In this document: positions 10,300 through 23,916 of the stretch, piece after piece
Position numbering within the stretch: position 1 is the first letter of the stretch
Layout of the letters: every line of letters starts with the position of its first letter
NCBI RefSeq assembly: GCF_964213995.1
Contig: NC_135814.1
Span: forward strand, 20,398,001 to 20,462,000
DNA length: 64,000 bases
Source of the DNA: Mustelus asterias
Lineage: Eukaryota
Direction: 5' to 3'
Made by a program: the position numbers and the translations under genes
The notes under the pieces: model-generated
What the model was told of the DNA's origin: nothing
What the model saw: only the letters and a program-made list of their open reading frames with translations
Databases searched by the model: none

Positions 10300-10500
10300 T
10301 AAGTCCAAAGATGCGTGGGTTAGGTGGATTGGCTATAGTAAATTGCCCCTTAGTGTCCCAAGATGTGTAGGTTAGGGGGATTAGTGGGGTCAATATGGAG
10401 GGCTATGGGGTTAGGGCCTGGGTTAGATGCTCTGTTGGAGGGTCAGTGCAGACGTGATGGGCTGAATGGCTCCCTTCTGTACTGCAGGGATTCTACGATA
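10300..10500 (+). mobile_element. HE1 SINE 3' half
   Basis: AGTCCAAAGATG...GGATTGGC...GGGCTGAATGGC..CTGTACTGCAGGGATTCTA. Confidence 0.85.
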
Positions 10501-11234
10501 AGTGTGATGTTTTTAAAGTTTACCTCACAAGAGAAACTTTTTCATGCATTGGATCGAAAGCAATTCAAAAATATAAATATAAAAAAGAGAATTTAAAAGT
10601 TTTTTTTACTGTTTAAAAGTCATTTGTCTATTCAGCACATGGGGAGAATGGGTGATGCCAGTTAGTCAAAACTCCTGATTCTGTATTTCCAACCAGTTGG
10701 AAAGGTGATCTTGTGGTGATCATGGTGTTAAGGTCTCGAAGGAGTTGTAGGAGCAGAGGGTTGGTATCAGGGGCACATGGTGCTGCAGGACAGTGAGAGG
10801 CTGAGACAGGAGCCAGGCCAGGCCAAAAAAGACAACTAGCCTTGATTCTGACAACATTTAGCGGTTGGGAGAGTGGGACCACTTTACTGTATTCACTTTT
10901 GCAAGTTAATGGGGGAGGGTTGGCGGGTGGGGTGCCGGGCGAAATGCGTGCCTGGGACGGCGAACACCCTTGTGCCAGCCCGGGTTGAACTTCTAACATT
11001 GAGTTCAGGACATATTTGTTTCTGATTGCAAAAAGCTGACTTCTACCAGAAATACATCAGATGATTGGGTTAAAAAAAAAATTGTGTTTAGCTGTGCTGC
11101 TCTTGGGAACATGCAAACTCTCGCTCCTAAAGGAAGAATAAACAGTTTAGCTGATACCTGGAGGCCGCCAGTGTCCGAGGACCCAGCAGAGGCCAAGAAG
11201 TGATAGGAGAGTTGGAAGGTGAGGGGGGGAGGAG

Positions 11235-12255
11235 GGGGGTGATTTCAGATTGGAGGAAGGTTTACAATCAAGTTCCCCAGGGGTCGGTGTTGAGACCCTT
11301 GCTCTTCCTGATAAATATTATTGATCGAGACTGTGGTGTTCACGGCATGATTTCAAAATTTGCAGATGATACAAAGATTGGAAACATTGTCAACTGTAAT
11401 GAGGAAAGTCCCGAACTTCTAAAGGACAGAGATTGGACAGACAAGTGACAGATGAAGTTCAATGCAGAGAAGTGTGAGGTAATTCATTCTAACAGGAAGA
11501 ATATGAAGAGACCGTACAAAATAATGGAAAAAACTCGAATGGAGGTGCAGTGACAGAGGGACCTTGATGTATTTATACATAAGTCATTGAAGATGGACAT
11601 GTTTAGAGAGCAGTTAAATAAGCATATAATATCTTAAGCTTTATTAATTGGGGCATTGAGTACATTGAGAAGGTGAGGTTGAACTTGTATAAGATGCTAG
11701 TTAGGCCTCATTTGGGGTACTGTGTCCAGTTCTGGGCATCATATTTGAGGAAAGATGTGCAATCATTGGAGAGAGTACAGAGGAGATTCACAGGAGTCAA
11801 ACGAATGAAACAAAAAAACTAGCTATAAGGACAGATTGGAGAGGTTGGGTCTGTTTTCCTCGGAGAAAAGAAGGACGAGAGAAGATTTGATAGAGGTTTT
11901 AAGGTCCCTGAGGGGTTTGGACAGGGTAAATAGTGAGAAAGTGTTCCCTCTCAAGAGAGCATCAAGAACAAGAGGGCACCGATTTAAAATACTTGGCAAA
12001 AGGAGCAAAAGTGATATGAGAATTTTTTTTTCACCCAGAGAGTGGTTGGAGTCTGGAACAAACTCCCTGAGAGGGTGCGGGAGGCAGATTCGATCGAGGT
12101 AGTCAAAAGGAAATTGGATTATTATCTGAAAAGTAAGAATGTACAAGGTTACAGGGATAAAGCAGAGCAGTGGTACTACGTAGAATGCGCTTTCAGAGAG
12201 TCAGTGCAGAGCCGATGGGCCAAATGGCCCCCCAATGATTCTGTGATTCTGCAAA
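11235..12255 (+). mobile_element. CR1 LINE RT/3' fragment, degenerate
   Basis: VPQGSVL and SKFADDTK motifs, a C-terminal RLGLFS..RRTREDLIEV, multiple stops and frameshifts, and a GGGCCAAATGGCCC..(TGATTCTG) tail. Confidence 0.9.
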
Positions 12256-12338
12256 AAATAAATGACAGAAATAAACTACATATTAAATTTAGTGTTTGGC
12301 CCAATTCCATTAGAAATTAGTTTTAAATTTCTCCTGTG

Positions 12339-12352
12339 CCAATAGGTGGCAC
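12339..12352 (+). promoter_or_regulatory. CTCF-like core motif in apparently unique sequence
   Basis: CCAATAGGTGGCAC matches CCASYAGRKGGCRS at 13 of 14 positions. Confidence 0.35.
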
Positions 12353-13108
12353 CAGACTAGGCCTTTACAAAGTTAAGGGTGTAACTTAGAGAGATGTACA
12401 ATTGCTGATATCTCATTGTGCAATAGTATTGCTCTGCAATGTTCAATCAGTGCCTGCATTGCTCAGAATGCTTTCTGACACTTATCACTGACATTTTTCT
12501 CAGTATTTGTAAACATGAATGTCTAAAATAAAGATTCAAGCATTGTTTTAAAAATCAAAGATGTTTCCCAACAATATGGATAATTGTATCTGGCAAGCTT
12601 TTGTTTACTTTTTCAATGCCTCCCTTACTTGAAGGCCGCAATGCATCTCCAAAGTCTGTCTTGGGCTTGGCAGTTCTTTCCAAAGTGGTGACAGTGTGAG
12701 CTGAATTTGGATTGAGTGGCCTGACCATAAGTAACAAATCCAATTTTCCAGCAGGCATCAGTAGCATTCAGGCTGATATACTGATGGAATAATTCTCATT
12801 AAAACCCAACACTCTCTACTCAGTATTTCTTCTTCAAATAGTTTTGAAAATTCAAACCGATGAATTGCAAAAGTTAGATTGAGATAAAATTTTTATTGAG
12901 TGTTTTTTGATAAAGAAAAATGAGGCTTCACATAGGCGTATGAAAGCATGCATTATAATGACAGTACCAATTACAATTGATTTGATTTATTATTGTCACA
13001 TGTATTAGTATAAGGTGAAAAGTATTGTTTCTTGCGCGCTATCCAGACAAAGAATACCGTACATAGAGAAGGAAAGGCGAGAGTGCAGAAGGCAGTGTTA
13101 CAGTCATA

Positions 13109-15495
13109 AGAACATAAGAACAAAGGAACAGAAGAACTAGGAGCAGAGTGGGCCATCTGGCCCCTCGAGCCTGCTCCGCCATTCAATAAAATCATGGTTG
13201 ATCTTTTCATGGACTCAGCTCCACTTACCCACCTGCTCACCATAACTCTTAATTCCTTCACTGTTCAAAAATTTATCTATCCTTCCCTTAAAAACATTCA
13301 ATAAGGTAGCCTCAACTGCTTCACTGGGCAAGGAATTCCATAGATTCACAACCCTTTGTGTGAAGAAGTTCCTTCTCAACTCAGTCCTATATCTGCTTCC
13401 CCTTATTTTGAGGTCATGCCCCCTAGTTCTAGTTTCATTTGCCAGTGGAAACAATTTCCCTGCTTCTATCTTATCTATTCCTTTCATAATCTTATATGTT
13501 TCAATAAGATCTCCCCTCATTCTTCTGAATTCCAGTGAGTATAGCCCCAGTCTACTCAGTCTCTCCTTATAAGCCAACCCTCTCAACTCCAGAATCAACC
13601 TAGTGAATCTCCTCTTTACCCCTTCCAGTGCCAGTAAATCCTTTCTCAAGTAAGGAGACTAAAACTGTACACAGTATTCCACATGTGGCCTCACCAGCAC
13701 CTTATACAGCTGCAACATAACCTTGCTGTTTTTAAACTCCATCCCTCTAGCAATGAAGGACAAAATTCCATTTGCCTTCTTAATGACCTTCTGTACCTGC
13801 AAACTAACTCCTTGGGCCTGATTTTACCATTTTCATTCTAAGTGCCGAATCTGGGCATAATGCAGATCCGACTTAGAAATCTGCTTTCAGGCGCCCCCAT
13901 ACGCACTCAGCCATCTCCAGTCCCATTTGCGCTGTGGGTGGGGCTTAGCACGGCCAAAATGATTGGAGCTCTGAACTGTGCATGCGCAGTTTGAAAAAAA
14001 TTTGAAAAAGCGCGCCTGTGTTAGGTCTCGCCCGAGCCGCAGAAAGCGGAGAAAGCGTCCCAGGAGCGACAAGCGGGAGTGATCACTGTCCCCCTTATCC
14101 ACCCCCTCACTACCCATACACATCACTGTCCCCCTTATCCACCCCCCCACTACCCAGACCAATCGCCACCTCTGCCCCCCTCCCCTCCCCACCGATTGCA
14201 CGCAGAGTGGCAGCGGATCCCCCGCCCCCCCCACCAGAGATCCATCTGCCCCCCCCACCAGAGATCCGTCTGCCCCCCCCCCCCCCCACCACCAGAGATC
14301 CATCCGCCCCCCCTACCAGGGAGCGATCGGGCCTCCCCCCCCCAAGATACATCTTACCCACCTCCCTCCTCCCCCCCCCCCCCAAGACAATGATCTGGCC
14401 TCACTCCCCCCCCCCCCCCCCCCAACCCCAGAGAATGGTCTGGCCTCACCCATCCCCACCCCCACCATACAACGATCTGGCCTCACTTCCCCCCCCCCCC
14501 CCACAAATGAACTGGCTTCACTCACCGCCCCCCCGCCCCCCCAAGAGAATGGTCTGGCCTCACTCCCTCTCCCCTCCAGAGGAACATCTGACCTGCCTCC
14601 TCCTCCCTCACCACCAGACAACGAACAGCCCTCCCCCCCCACCACCAGACAATGGTCGGCCCTCTCACCACCCCCCCCCCTCCACACCCCCAGAGATATA
14701 TCTGACCCACCTCCCTCCTCCCGCCCACCACTGATCTGAGTCAGAGAGCCGTTGGAAACACTGAACGCGCCCTTCAGAAGCTGGAGCGTCCGTTTCAGAC
14801 TTTTATCTAGCAGGTCCATTACGGCAAATGCATTTAAATCGCCGTTGCGCTTGTTTTGGGCGCGAATCGAATCGCCGCCATTCCCGGATTTCGGTAAAGT
14901 GGCAATCTGCGCGGATGTGGGTGCGGATCGCGATAATGGCCTCTCACCTGACTTTACCATGTTTTTGCCCCCAAAAACGGGCGCAAGGCAATGGTAAAAT
15001 AGGGCCCCTTGTGATTCTTGCACAAGGACACCCAGGTCCCTCTGCACAGCAGCATGCTGCAATTTTTTACCATTTAAATAATAGTCCATTTTGCTGTTAT
15101 TCCTACCAAAATGGATGACCTCACATTTACCAACATTGTACTTCATCTGCCAGACCCTCGCCCACTCACTTAGACTAGCTATATCCCTTTGCAGACTTTC
15201 AACATCCTCTGCACACTTTGCTCTGCCACCCATCTTAGTGTCATCTGCGAATTTTGACACGCTACACTTGGTCCCCAACTCCAAATCATCTATGTAAATC
15301 ATAAACAATTGCGGTCCCAATCCTGATCCCTGAGGCACACCACTAGCCACTGATCGCCAACCAGAAAACACCCATTTACCCCCACTCTTTGTTTTCTGTC
15401 AGTTAACCAATCCTCTATCTATGCTTATACATTACCCGTAACACCGTGCACCTTTATCTTATGTAGCAGTCTTTGGTGTGGCACCTTGCCAAATA
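13109..15495 (-). mobile_element. CR1 LINE RT/3' end, split by a Harbinger-like MITE
   Basis: ORFs 14313-15371 (GVPQGS, KFADDTK) and 13215-13649, a (TTCTTATG)-type tail, and flanking TCATA duplication (13104-13108, 15496-15500). Confidence 0.93.
13814..15007 (+). mobile_element. PIF/Harbinger-like MITE with internal C-rich minisatellite
   Basis: TIRs GGGCCTGATTTTACCATT / AATGGTAAAATAGGGCCC (16/18) and a 3-bp TSD CTT. It cleanly interrupts the CR1 RT. Confidence 0.9.
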
Positions 15496-17092
15496 TCATA
15501 GCTAAGGATTAGAGAAAGATCAACTTAATACGAAGTAGGTCCATTCAAAAGTCTGATGGCAGCAGGGAAGAAGCTGTTCTTGAGTCAGTTGGTACATGTC
15601 CTCAGACTTTTGTATCTTTTTCCCGACGGAAGAAGGTTGAAGAGAGCATGTACAGGGTGTATGGGATCCTTGATTTTGCTGGATGTTTTTCCAAGATAGC
15701 GGGAAGTGTAGACAAAGTTAATGGATGGGAGGCTGATTTGCATGATGGGCTGGGCTTCGTTCACAACCCTTTATAATTTTTTGTGGTCTTGGACAGAGCA
15801 GGAGCCATATCAAGCTGTGATACAACCAGAAAGAATACTTTCTCTGGTGCATCTTGGTGAGAGTCGTAGCGGACATGCCAAATTTCCTTAGCCTCCTGGA
15901 AAAATAGAGGCATTGGTGGGCTTTCTTAACTATAGCTTTGGCATGGAGGGACCAGGACAGGTTGTTGGTGATCTGGACATCTAGAAACACTGAAGCTCTC
16001 AACCATTTCCACTTCATCCCCATTGATGTAGACTGGGCATGTCCTCCATGATGCTTCCTGGAGTCGATGACCATCTCCTTCGTTTTGTTGGCATTAAGAG
16101 ATTATTGTCATCGCACCAATTCACCAGATTCTCTATCACTTTCCTGTACTCCGTCTCATCATTGTTTGAGATCCGATCCACTGAAGTGGTGTCATCAGCA
16201 AACTTGAAAATCGAGTTGGAGGGGAATTTGGCTACATAGTCATAGGTGTATAAGGAGTATAGTAAGGGGCTGAGGACACAGCCTTGTGGGACACCGGTGT
16301 TGAGGATATTCATGGAGGAGATGTTGTTGTCTATCCTTACTGATTGTGGTCTGTGGGTTAGGAAGTCTATGATCCAGTCACAGAGGGAGGAGCTGAGCCC
16401 CAGGCCACAGAGTTTGGAGATGAGTTTCACAGGAATAATGAGGTTGAAGGCTGAGCTGTAGCCAATAGGTAGGAGTCTGACATAGATGTCTTTGTTGTCT
16501 AGGTGTTCCAGGGTTGAATATAGGGCCAGGGAGATGGCGTCTGCTGTGGAACTGTTGTGGCGGTAGGCAAATTGTAATGGACCCAGGCAACCTGGGAGGC
16601 TGGAATTGATTCGTACCATGACTAACCTTTCAAAGCACTTCATAATGATGGATGTCAGAGCCACTGGACAATAGTCATTAAGGCATGCTGCCTGGCTTTT
16701 CTTTGGTACCAGAGTGATGGTCATCTTCTTGAAGGAGATAGGGACCTCAGATTGGGTTTGTAGATTTCATCTTGGACTCATAACTTCGCAAAGTACATTA
16801 AGCTAAAAAGCGAGAAGGGAAACAGTTAATGAGGGACAGGGGTAGAGAGAAGACGAGATAGTTTAACTTTTATTATTCATTTTAATCACATTTCGAAGCC
16901 AATTAATTATCCCTCTTGCTGGCAATTACAAAAAGAATTGTTGATCCCTGACACTTTTAGAATAGAAATTCAACGTGCTCACACATAAGAGACAGGGCTG
17001 AAAGAGAAGGAAAGAGACAGAGAGAGAAATAGAGAAAAGTAGAAAGACATCAGGCAATTTTCACTTTTATTGACAGGTGGAAAATGAGCAAC

Positions 17093-17447
17093 CATAGAAA
17101 TCATAGAAATCATAGAAACCCTACAGTACAGAAAGAGGCCATTCGGCCCATCGAGTCTGCACCGACCACAATCACATCCAGGCCCTACCCCCATATCCCT
17201 ACATATTTATCCACTAATCCCTCTAACTTACGCATCTCAGGAAACTAAGGGCAATTTTAGCATGGCCAATCAACCTAACCCGCACATCTTTGGACTGTGG
17301 GAGGAAACCAGAGCACCCAGAGAAAACCAACGCAGACACGAGGAGAATGTGCAAACTCCACACAGACAGTGACCGAAGCCGAGAATCGAACCCAGGTCCC
17401 TGGAGCTGTGAAGCAGCAGTGCTAACCACTGTGCTACCGTGCCACCC
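17093..17447 (-). mobile_element. Full-length HE1 SINE (tail type A, CR1-derived)
   Basis: tRNA head, core, and tail GGGCCGAATGGCCTCTTTCTGTACTGTAGGG(TTTCTATGA)n on the minus strand. Confidence 0.93.
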
Positions 17448-17543
17448 AATCTATAATGATCAGAGACAAGGAAGAGAACAATCATATCCTCCAGTGTACT
17501 GTGTGTAACATCATCTTAACATCTTCAAAGAAGAACAAAGGAA

Positions 17544-18489
17544 ACGATCTGGAAGAAGGTGTAACTGGGGTGATCAGTAAGTTTGCGGACGACACAAAAA
17601 TGGCTGGACTTGCAGATAGTGAGGAACATTGTCAGAGGCTACAGAAGGATATAGATAGGCTGGAAATTTGGGCAAAGAAATGGCAGATGGAGTTCAATCC
17701 AGATAAATATGAAGTGATGCATTTTGGTAGAACTAACATAGGGGGGAGCTATACGATCAATGGCAGAACCATAAAGGGTGTAGATACGCAGAGGGACGTG
17801 GGTGTGCAAGTCCACAGATCCTTGAAGGTGACGTCACAGGTGGAGAAGGTGGTGAAGAAGGCATATGGCATGCTTGCCTTTATAGGACGGGGCATAGAGT
17901 ATAAAAGTTGGGGTCTGATGTTGCAGTTGTATAGAACGTTGGTTCGGCCGCATTTGGAATACTGCGCCCAGTTCTGCTCGCCACACTACCAGAAGGACGT
18001 GGAGGCTTTAGAGAGAGTGCAGAGGAGGTTTACCAGGATGTTGCCTGGTATGGAAGGGCTTAGTTATGAGGAGAGATTGGGTAAACTGGGGTTGTTCTCA
18101 CTGGAAAGACGGAGGATGAGGGGTGACCTAATAGAGGTGTATAAAATTATGAAAGGCATAGATAGGGTGAACGGTGGGAAGCTTTTTCCCAGGTCGGTGG
18201 TGACGTTCACGAGGGGTCATAGGTTCAAGGTGAAGGGGGGGAGGTTTAACACGGATATCAGAAGGACGTATTTTACACAGAGGGTGGTGGGGGCCTGGAA
18301 TGCGCTGCCGGGCAAGGTGGTGGAGGCGGACACACTGGGAACGTTTAAGACTTATCTAGATAGCCACATGAACGGAGTGGGAATGGAGGGATACAAAAGA
18401 ATGGTCTAGTTTGGACCAGGGAGCGGCGCGGGCTTGGAGGGCCGAAGGGCCTGTTCCTGTGCTGTATTATTCTTTGTTCTTTGTTCTTT
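17544..18489 (+). mobile_element. Young 5'-truncated CR1 (RT C-half in open frame)
   Basis: ORF 17456-18409 from NDLEEGVTGVISKFADDTK to the stop, a (TTCTTTG)n tail and a GGAA duplication (17540-17543, 18490-18493). Inserted antisense into the tail of an older minus-strand CR1 (17527-18650). Confidence 0.93.
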
Positions 18490-18984
18490 GGAATTATAGC
18501 ACAGGAACAGACCCTTTGGCCCTCTAAGCCTACACCGACAATGCTGCCCATCTGAACTAAAACCCCCTGCCCTTATGGAGACCATATCCTTCCATTCCCA
18601 TTTTATTCATATGTTTGTCAAGATGCCCCTTAAAAGTCACGATCATATCGCATCTTTATGAGCCAACCTTTCACAACAGCACCACATATCATAATGCTTA
18701 TAAAATTATAGAATCATAGAAACTTACATCTTGAAAGGTGGCCACTCAGCCCCTCGTGGCTATCCTCTAAAGAGTCCTTGTGATTACTCCCATGTCCTGT
18801 TTTCTGTCCGCTTGAGTTTACCAATCTCATTTGAGTGTTTAGTGCATATATGTTCAGCAGCAAGAAAGGGAAACACAACGTGCTATTCCAGCCCTTGAAG
18901 ATCTCACTTGCTTCTCAGAAACCAGAGTTGATAAAGTACTGCCAACAGAATCAAAAGTAACCCTGAAACTTTGCTCCCATTCAT

Positions 18985-19485
18985 GCCAATGGAACCTTAC
19001 GGTAACCGGATCTTATGGCCCCACCCACGATGCACCCCTCACCACCGGGAAATCTGTTGGCAATGGTGGGACCATAAGATCCCATTGCCAGCCAGTGCAT
19101 GCCACTTCTCACCACCGTGAAACATTGCGGAGTGGGAGAAAAATTCTGCTTAACTTGTCTTCCTGATCTGGAATGTGCTGCCTGAGAGGCTGGTGGAAAC
19201 AGAGGGAATAATAATTTTCCAAAGCAAATTGCGTCCTTTAGCTCCTCATCATCAAGTACCTGGACCACTGTTTCTTGAATTATTTTTAAGGAAATCTGCT
19301 TACATCACCATTCCAGAAGCAGGCGCCGGGAATCTCTGGCCTCTCAGTGGTGGGAGATGGTGAACCATTTGCCAGGATGGGATCTTCTGGTCCCACTGCT
19401 GTCAATGGGATTTCCCATTGATCCTACCCCACAGATCTGGGAAACCTGCTCTGGGGGTGGGCCGTTAAGAACCGGAAGATCGCAT
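18985..19485. mobile_element. Two degenerate short palindromic MITEs
   Basis: GGATCTTATGG..CCATAAGATCC foldback at 19008-19081 and GTCAATGGGATTTCCCATTGAT at ~19401-19422. Confidence 0.6.
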
Positions 19486-19510
19486 CCAAGGTTCCAGATC
19501 TGGACACAAT

Positions 19511-20466
19511 GGGCGCAATCTTACCAAATTGTTTCCAATGGGAAAACCGGCGTGTTTCTCTCCAGAGAATCCAGTCAGTTTTTGCTCCCAATTTTACCCC
19601 GCTGTCATACAGGACGGCTAGGCCTCATCACGCTGGCAAAACCCGGCTGCTCAGAGATCGGGGCATCATCTTTAAAGGGTGCTCCGATCAGAACCTGAAT
19701 AGAACTCCCCTCCCAGCCCACCACGGGGGTTTCTGGGGCCCCTCTACTCATCCCCAACTCGAGGTGGCGCTTCTCTACACCCCCCAATCATCGGCCCCTT
19801 CTTCTCCCCTCCTCCCAAGAATCAGCCCCTTCTTCCCCACCTCATCCTCACCCAATCATCGGCACTGACCAACCTGGCAGTGCCAACCTGTGCCGAGGAG
19901 CAGTGCCAGGAGGCAATGCCAGTCCACTGCCTGGGCATGTCCCACTCTCCCAGGGGCTATACTTACCTTTAACAGGGTCGGGGCTAATGGGGTAGGGGGC
20001 CCTCTGCCACTCTGCAGTGATCGATGGGGGGAGGGATGAAGAGGGGACCCACTGCCACTCTGCAGCGATCGGTGGATGGGAGAGCAGCGGGGCTGCGATC
20101 GGTGTGGGAGGGAGGAGGTCCGCGATTGGTCTGGGCAGCAGGGGGGGGGGTCAATGGGGGCTATACCTCAGACTGGGGCCCCCACGATTGTGGGAAGGGT
20201 GGGGGGCTGCTTCTGTGCTTCTGGCTGCCTGCAGTAGCAGGGGCCTGACAGCTCTCTCTTTGTCTGTCAGACCCCTGCTACTGCTGATGCACATGTGCAC
20301 TACCTCCCTCTACAGGCTGTCAGGCATGTTAAGCCCAACAGACTCGCTCAGAAATTTGCAGGCAGAGTACGTATGGTGGGGGGCCTAAAATCACGCCCAA
20401 AAGACGGATCTGAAACTCTCCTAGTTTCAAGTCCGCCTTAGACAAAAAAATGGTGAAGTTGCCCCC
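19511..20466 (-). mobile_element. Harbinger-like MITE, diverged relative of 13814/35684
   Basis: TIRs GGGCGCAATCTTACCA / TGGTGAAGTTGCCCCC. 20290-20466 aligns to the reverse complement of 13814-13990. Contains GGCAGTGCC motifs. Confidence 0.75.
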
Positions 20467-22027
20467 CCCCCGCCTCGCCCCACCCCCATGTCACATCTCA
20501 TCACATTTTCACAACATTTCTGCTCTGTCTGCAAAGTGCTGAAAAACTGAGGGACATCACAATTAGAATCTGAAATTCAGTCACTTCAGCTGAGAAATAA
20601 TTGTGTCAGCTGCAAAGTCTACAGCGCAGAGCGATACCACGGCTGCAAAGTATTGGAGAGAAAATTATGGTAAATCAAGGCTTGGGTTTTAAAAGCCAGC
20701 AGGTTGCAAAGAGCGTGACTCAGAGTACAAATAATAGTTTAGGAAAAAACAAGGTAGAGCGAAAGCGTCCTAATTCAACCTCGTGAAGAAGCAAACAAAG
20801 GAAGCTTGAGAGAGTGTGATGAAAGTAACAATCTCAAGACTGACTTCTCCCCCTGCGGAATAAAAATTAAAAAACGACAATCCAGCATGGTTATTTGACA
20901 GATCAAGAATGTATTTGCTCCTTCAGGATATTATTTATTTATCTTTGCACCATGCTATAAGGGAGTAACTGCCTATTAAATCGCTGAAGGTTTTTAACAA
21001 AGGCACGTCGCTCTTTCAACTTCACTTCATTCAGCTGTGATCCAAAGCCCATTTCAGTGTTTCCTTTACGTACATATTTACAGCAAATGGATGCTCACGG
21101 GGATTAGTGCCCTGATTTCTCAATCCTGCTCTGATTTAGAAGTAACAAGGCGTACCAATTACCCATTAACTCCGAGCTACTTTGTGTGACTGCATGTCCA
21201 TGCCCTTGACCTCAATTTATATGGTCTTGTATGAAGTCTTTTTGTAGTTCAAAATTCATCTTCCCCCAAATAGATTACTATTTCAAAGCTTCGGCCACGG
21301 GTAGGGCAATCGATTGCTCTACGGATTCTATTTTTTTTTCATTTACCACAATTCACAGTCACTGAAGCACTCCAACAATTTAATCCCTATTTCAGCTCCA
21401 GCCTGTCCCTATATATTGCTTTTAACTGAATTGGTAGACTCTACCACTGAATGAAATTAGTTCCACTAAAAGCTTCATATGTTACTTCCAGTTGCCCACT
21501 GATTGGTGAATTATAGCCATGTCCTGACCCTTACTTTCCACCATCTATGGGAATTAAATTAAACTTGGTATAAATGTGTGTGTTATGTGTACATTTGCTG
21601 TGTTTGTGGTTTTAAATCCTGCATGTGTAGTTATCCATGGAATATCATGCGTTGCTAATATTTTTATCAGCGTTCCTACAAGCTTCAGATCAAATCATTT
21701 GTTTAGCGACTCTCCACCGCATCATGATTATTTGTCCCTTCATCGAGTTCCTCTTAAGTAATTCACAATGCTTGAGAATTTACATCTCTGAAATGTGCAG
21801 CGGCGGTGTAACATGTTAAAGATGAGAGCTTGCATGAGTTGAGTTGCAAATCTCTCCTTGGGAAGTTACTTAATTTGTCTCTTCCAGCACTCGACTCATT
21901 TTCCATCCTGTTTTTTGTCCCAGAGCTAAGCAGAAAATGTCACTCAAAATCCTTCCCAGCCTGAGTCTGTATTTCCTGTCCTGGGCCGTTTAAACAGCCC
22001 GAGAGGACATATCTGAGTTTTTTCTTA

Positions 22028-22795
22028 TTATTTTACAGGATGTGGGCTTCTCTGGTTAGGCCAGCATTTATTGCCCATCCCTACTTGCCCTTGAGGAGGT
22101 GATGGTGAGCTGCCTTCTTGAACCGCTATGTACACCCACAGTGTTAGGGAGGGAGTTCCAGGATTTTGACCCAGTGACGGTGAAGGACATTTTGGGTGGT
22201 CTGTGACATGGAAGGGAACTTGCAGGTACTGATGTTCCCATGCATCTGCTGCCCTTGTCCTTCTAGATAGTAGAGGCCAAACATTTGGAAACTGCTGTTG
22301 AAAGAGCCTTGCTGCGCACCTTGTAGATAGTGCACACTGCTGCCACTGTGCATCTGTGGTGGAGGGAGTGGATGTTGAAGATGGTGGATGAGGTGCCAAT
22401 TAAGCAGGCTACTTTGTCCTGGACAGTGTTGAGCTTCTTACGTGTTGTTGGAGCTGCACTCATCCAAGAAGTAGAGAGTATTCCATTACATTCCTGACAT
22501 GTACTTTGTAGATGGTGGATAGTCTTTGGGGATTCAGGAGATAAGTTATTCGTCACATGACCTGCTCTTCTAGCCATAGTATTTGTATGGCTAGTCCAGT
22601 TCAGTTTCTGGTCAATGGTAACCTCCCTCAGGATGTTAATAGTAGGGATCCAGTGATGGTAATGTCATTAAGTGTCTAGCGGCAATGGTTAGATTCTATC
22701 TTGTTGGAGATGGTCATTGCCTGGCACTTGTGTGGCTCAAATGTTACATGCCGCTTATCAGCCCAAGCCTGAATGTTGTCCAGGTCTTGCTGCAC
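22028..22795 (-). mobile_element. L2/Crack-like (CR1 superfamily) LINE 3' fragment
   Basis: Translations QQDLDNIQAWADK..VTFEPHKCQAMTISNK and WMSAAPTT.KKLNTVQDK.ACLIG..IHSLHHRCTVAAVCTIYK. The same family occurs at 28000-28305 (-), 49735-50095 plus 50445-50610 (+) and 58840-58930 (+). Confidence 0.75.
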
Positions 22796-23916
22796 AAGGG
22801 GTCGCATGGCAGTGAGGGGAGGCAAGTCCTGAGGGGGAGTAGAGGTTCTGATGGAGAAACTGGTGGCAAAGGGGGTGAGGGAGCATCCACTGGGGATGAT
22901 CTTAAGGTGGGGTTGGGGGGTGCCCAATGTGGGAAGTAAGTCATTGAGGCATTGACCTCTCCTCAGGAGGCCGATCAGAGTTACCTCCAGCTCTTGAACG
23001 CCCCCCGCTAGCCTTAAAGTTGAGGCCAGGCAGGAAACAGCCCTTAGGTTAATTGCCAACATCAGGACCTCCAATGGGGAAAATGACAGGGCTCTTCCCT
23101 AGGCCTCACCTATCCGAATGTAAAATTATGGACAGGTCGGAAGCAGGCTGGGGGGGCATGGTGGGATGGCCATCATGTTCAAACCGGCGGAGAGTAAAAC
23201 TGAATCCCTTTTTCTGTTGTTTACAGAGTTGACCCTTCAAATTATTTAAAATTTTTTGGATTGCTTATATCGTAAAGTTTATTTTAATTGTTCCGATAAT
23301 CAAGCGATCGTCTTTGGTGTGCAGTATCTGACAATCTGATAAGTGAATATAGATATCAGCGTTCAGCCATTGTATGTCACGGATATAGAGTAGAAGTAAT
23401 CAATTCATTGTTTGGTGAATGCTCAATGGGTCAAGATGATTAATGAAGTGCCATGAAACAATACTTGCTCCACCATTCAATAAGATCATGACTGACCTAT
23501 ACCAATTCCAATTTGCCCCCTATCCCAATAGGCCTTGATTCCTTAGTACACTGAATATTTCATAATGTTGTTGCATTTACAACCAAAAATATTTAGGTTA
23601 AATGCAAGTAGGCTTAGTGCAGGTAAATACCATAATAGTGATTTAACCTATGCACAATTATCATTGAGATAATATTATGTGTTGGCGCTGCAACTCACCT
23701 TAATTTCCTTCCTATTTCTGCATTTCTTTCACAAAATACACCGAACGTTGGCAGAGCCCAGTAGAATATGTCACAAGAAAATCCTATGAATCCTATGAAG
23801 CAATGGAACAATATTGATAAACAAAAAAAAATAACCGGTAAAAGCTCACAAAGCAAATGCTTAAAACCGAACTGCTTATGGTCTCAGTACCAAGGGCATT
23901 TGCTTTTAAAAAATGT

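Larger units (their letters stand above)
12975..16755 (-). mobile_element. Rex1/Babar LINE (5'-truncated RT and 3' UTR), split by a CR1 at 13109-15495
   Basis: ORF 16014-16724 has [50 protein letters not shown] and KFADDTT. The 3' tail is at 12975-13108. Confidence 0.92.

Noticed and set aside
12380-12540. Possible 3' UTR end with AATAAA at ~12527
   Set aside because: No upstream terminal exon was found, and AATAAA is frequent in this AT-rich sequence.
14018-14734. Proline-rich ORFs (also 36056-36825 and 45580-46197) and their Gly-rich antisense ORFs
   Set aside because: They are by-products of poly-C repeats inside MITE-like elements, with no domain or splice support.
14313-15371. 352-aa ORF as a novel RT fusion protein
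   Set aside because: The CR1 RT frame simply reads through into the inserted MITE at 15007.
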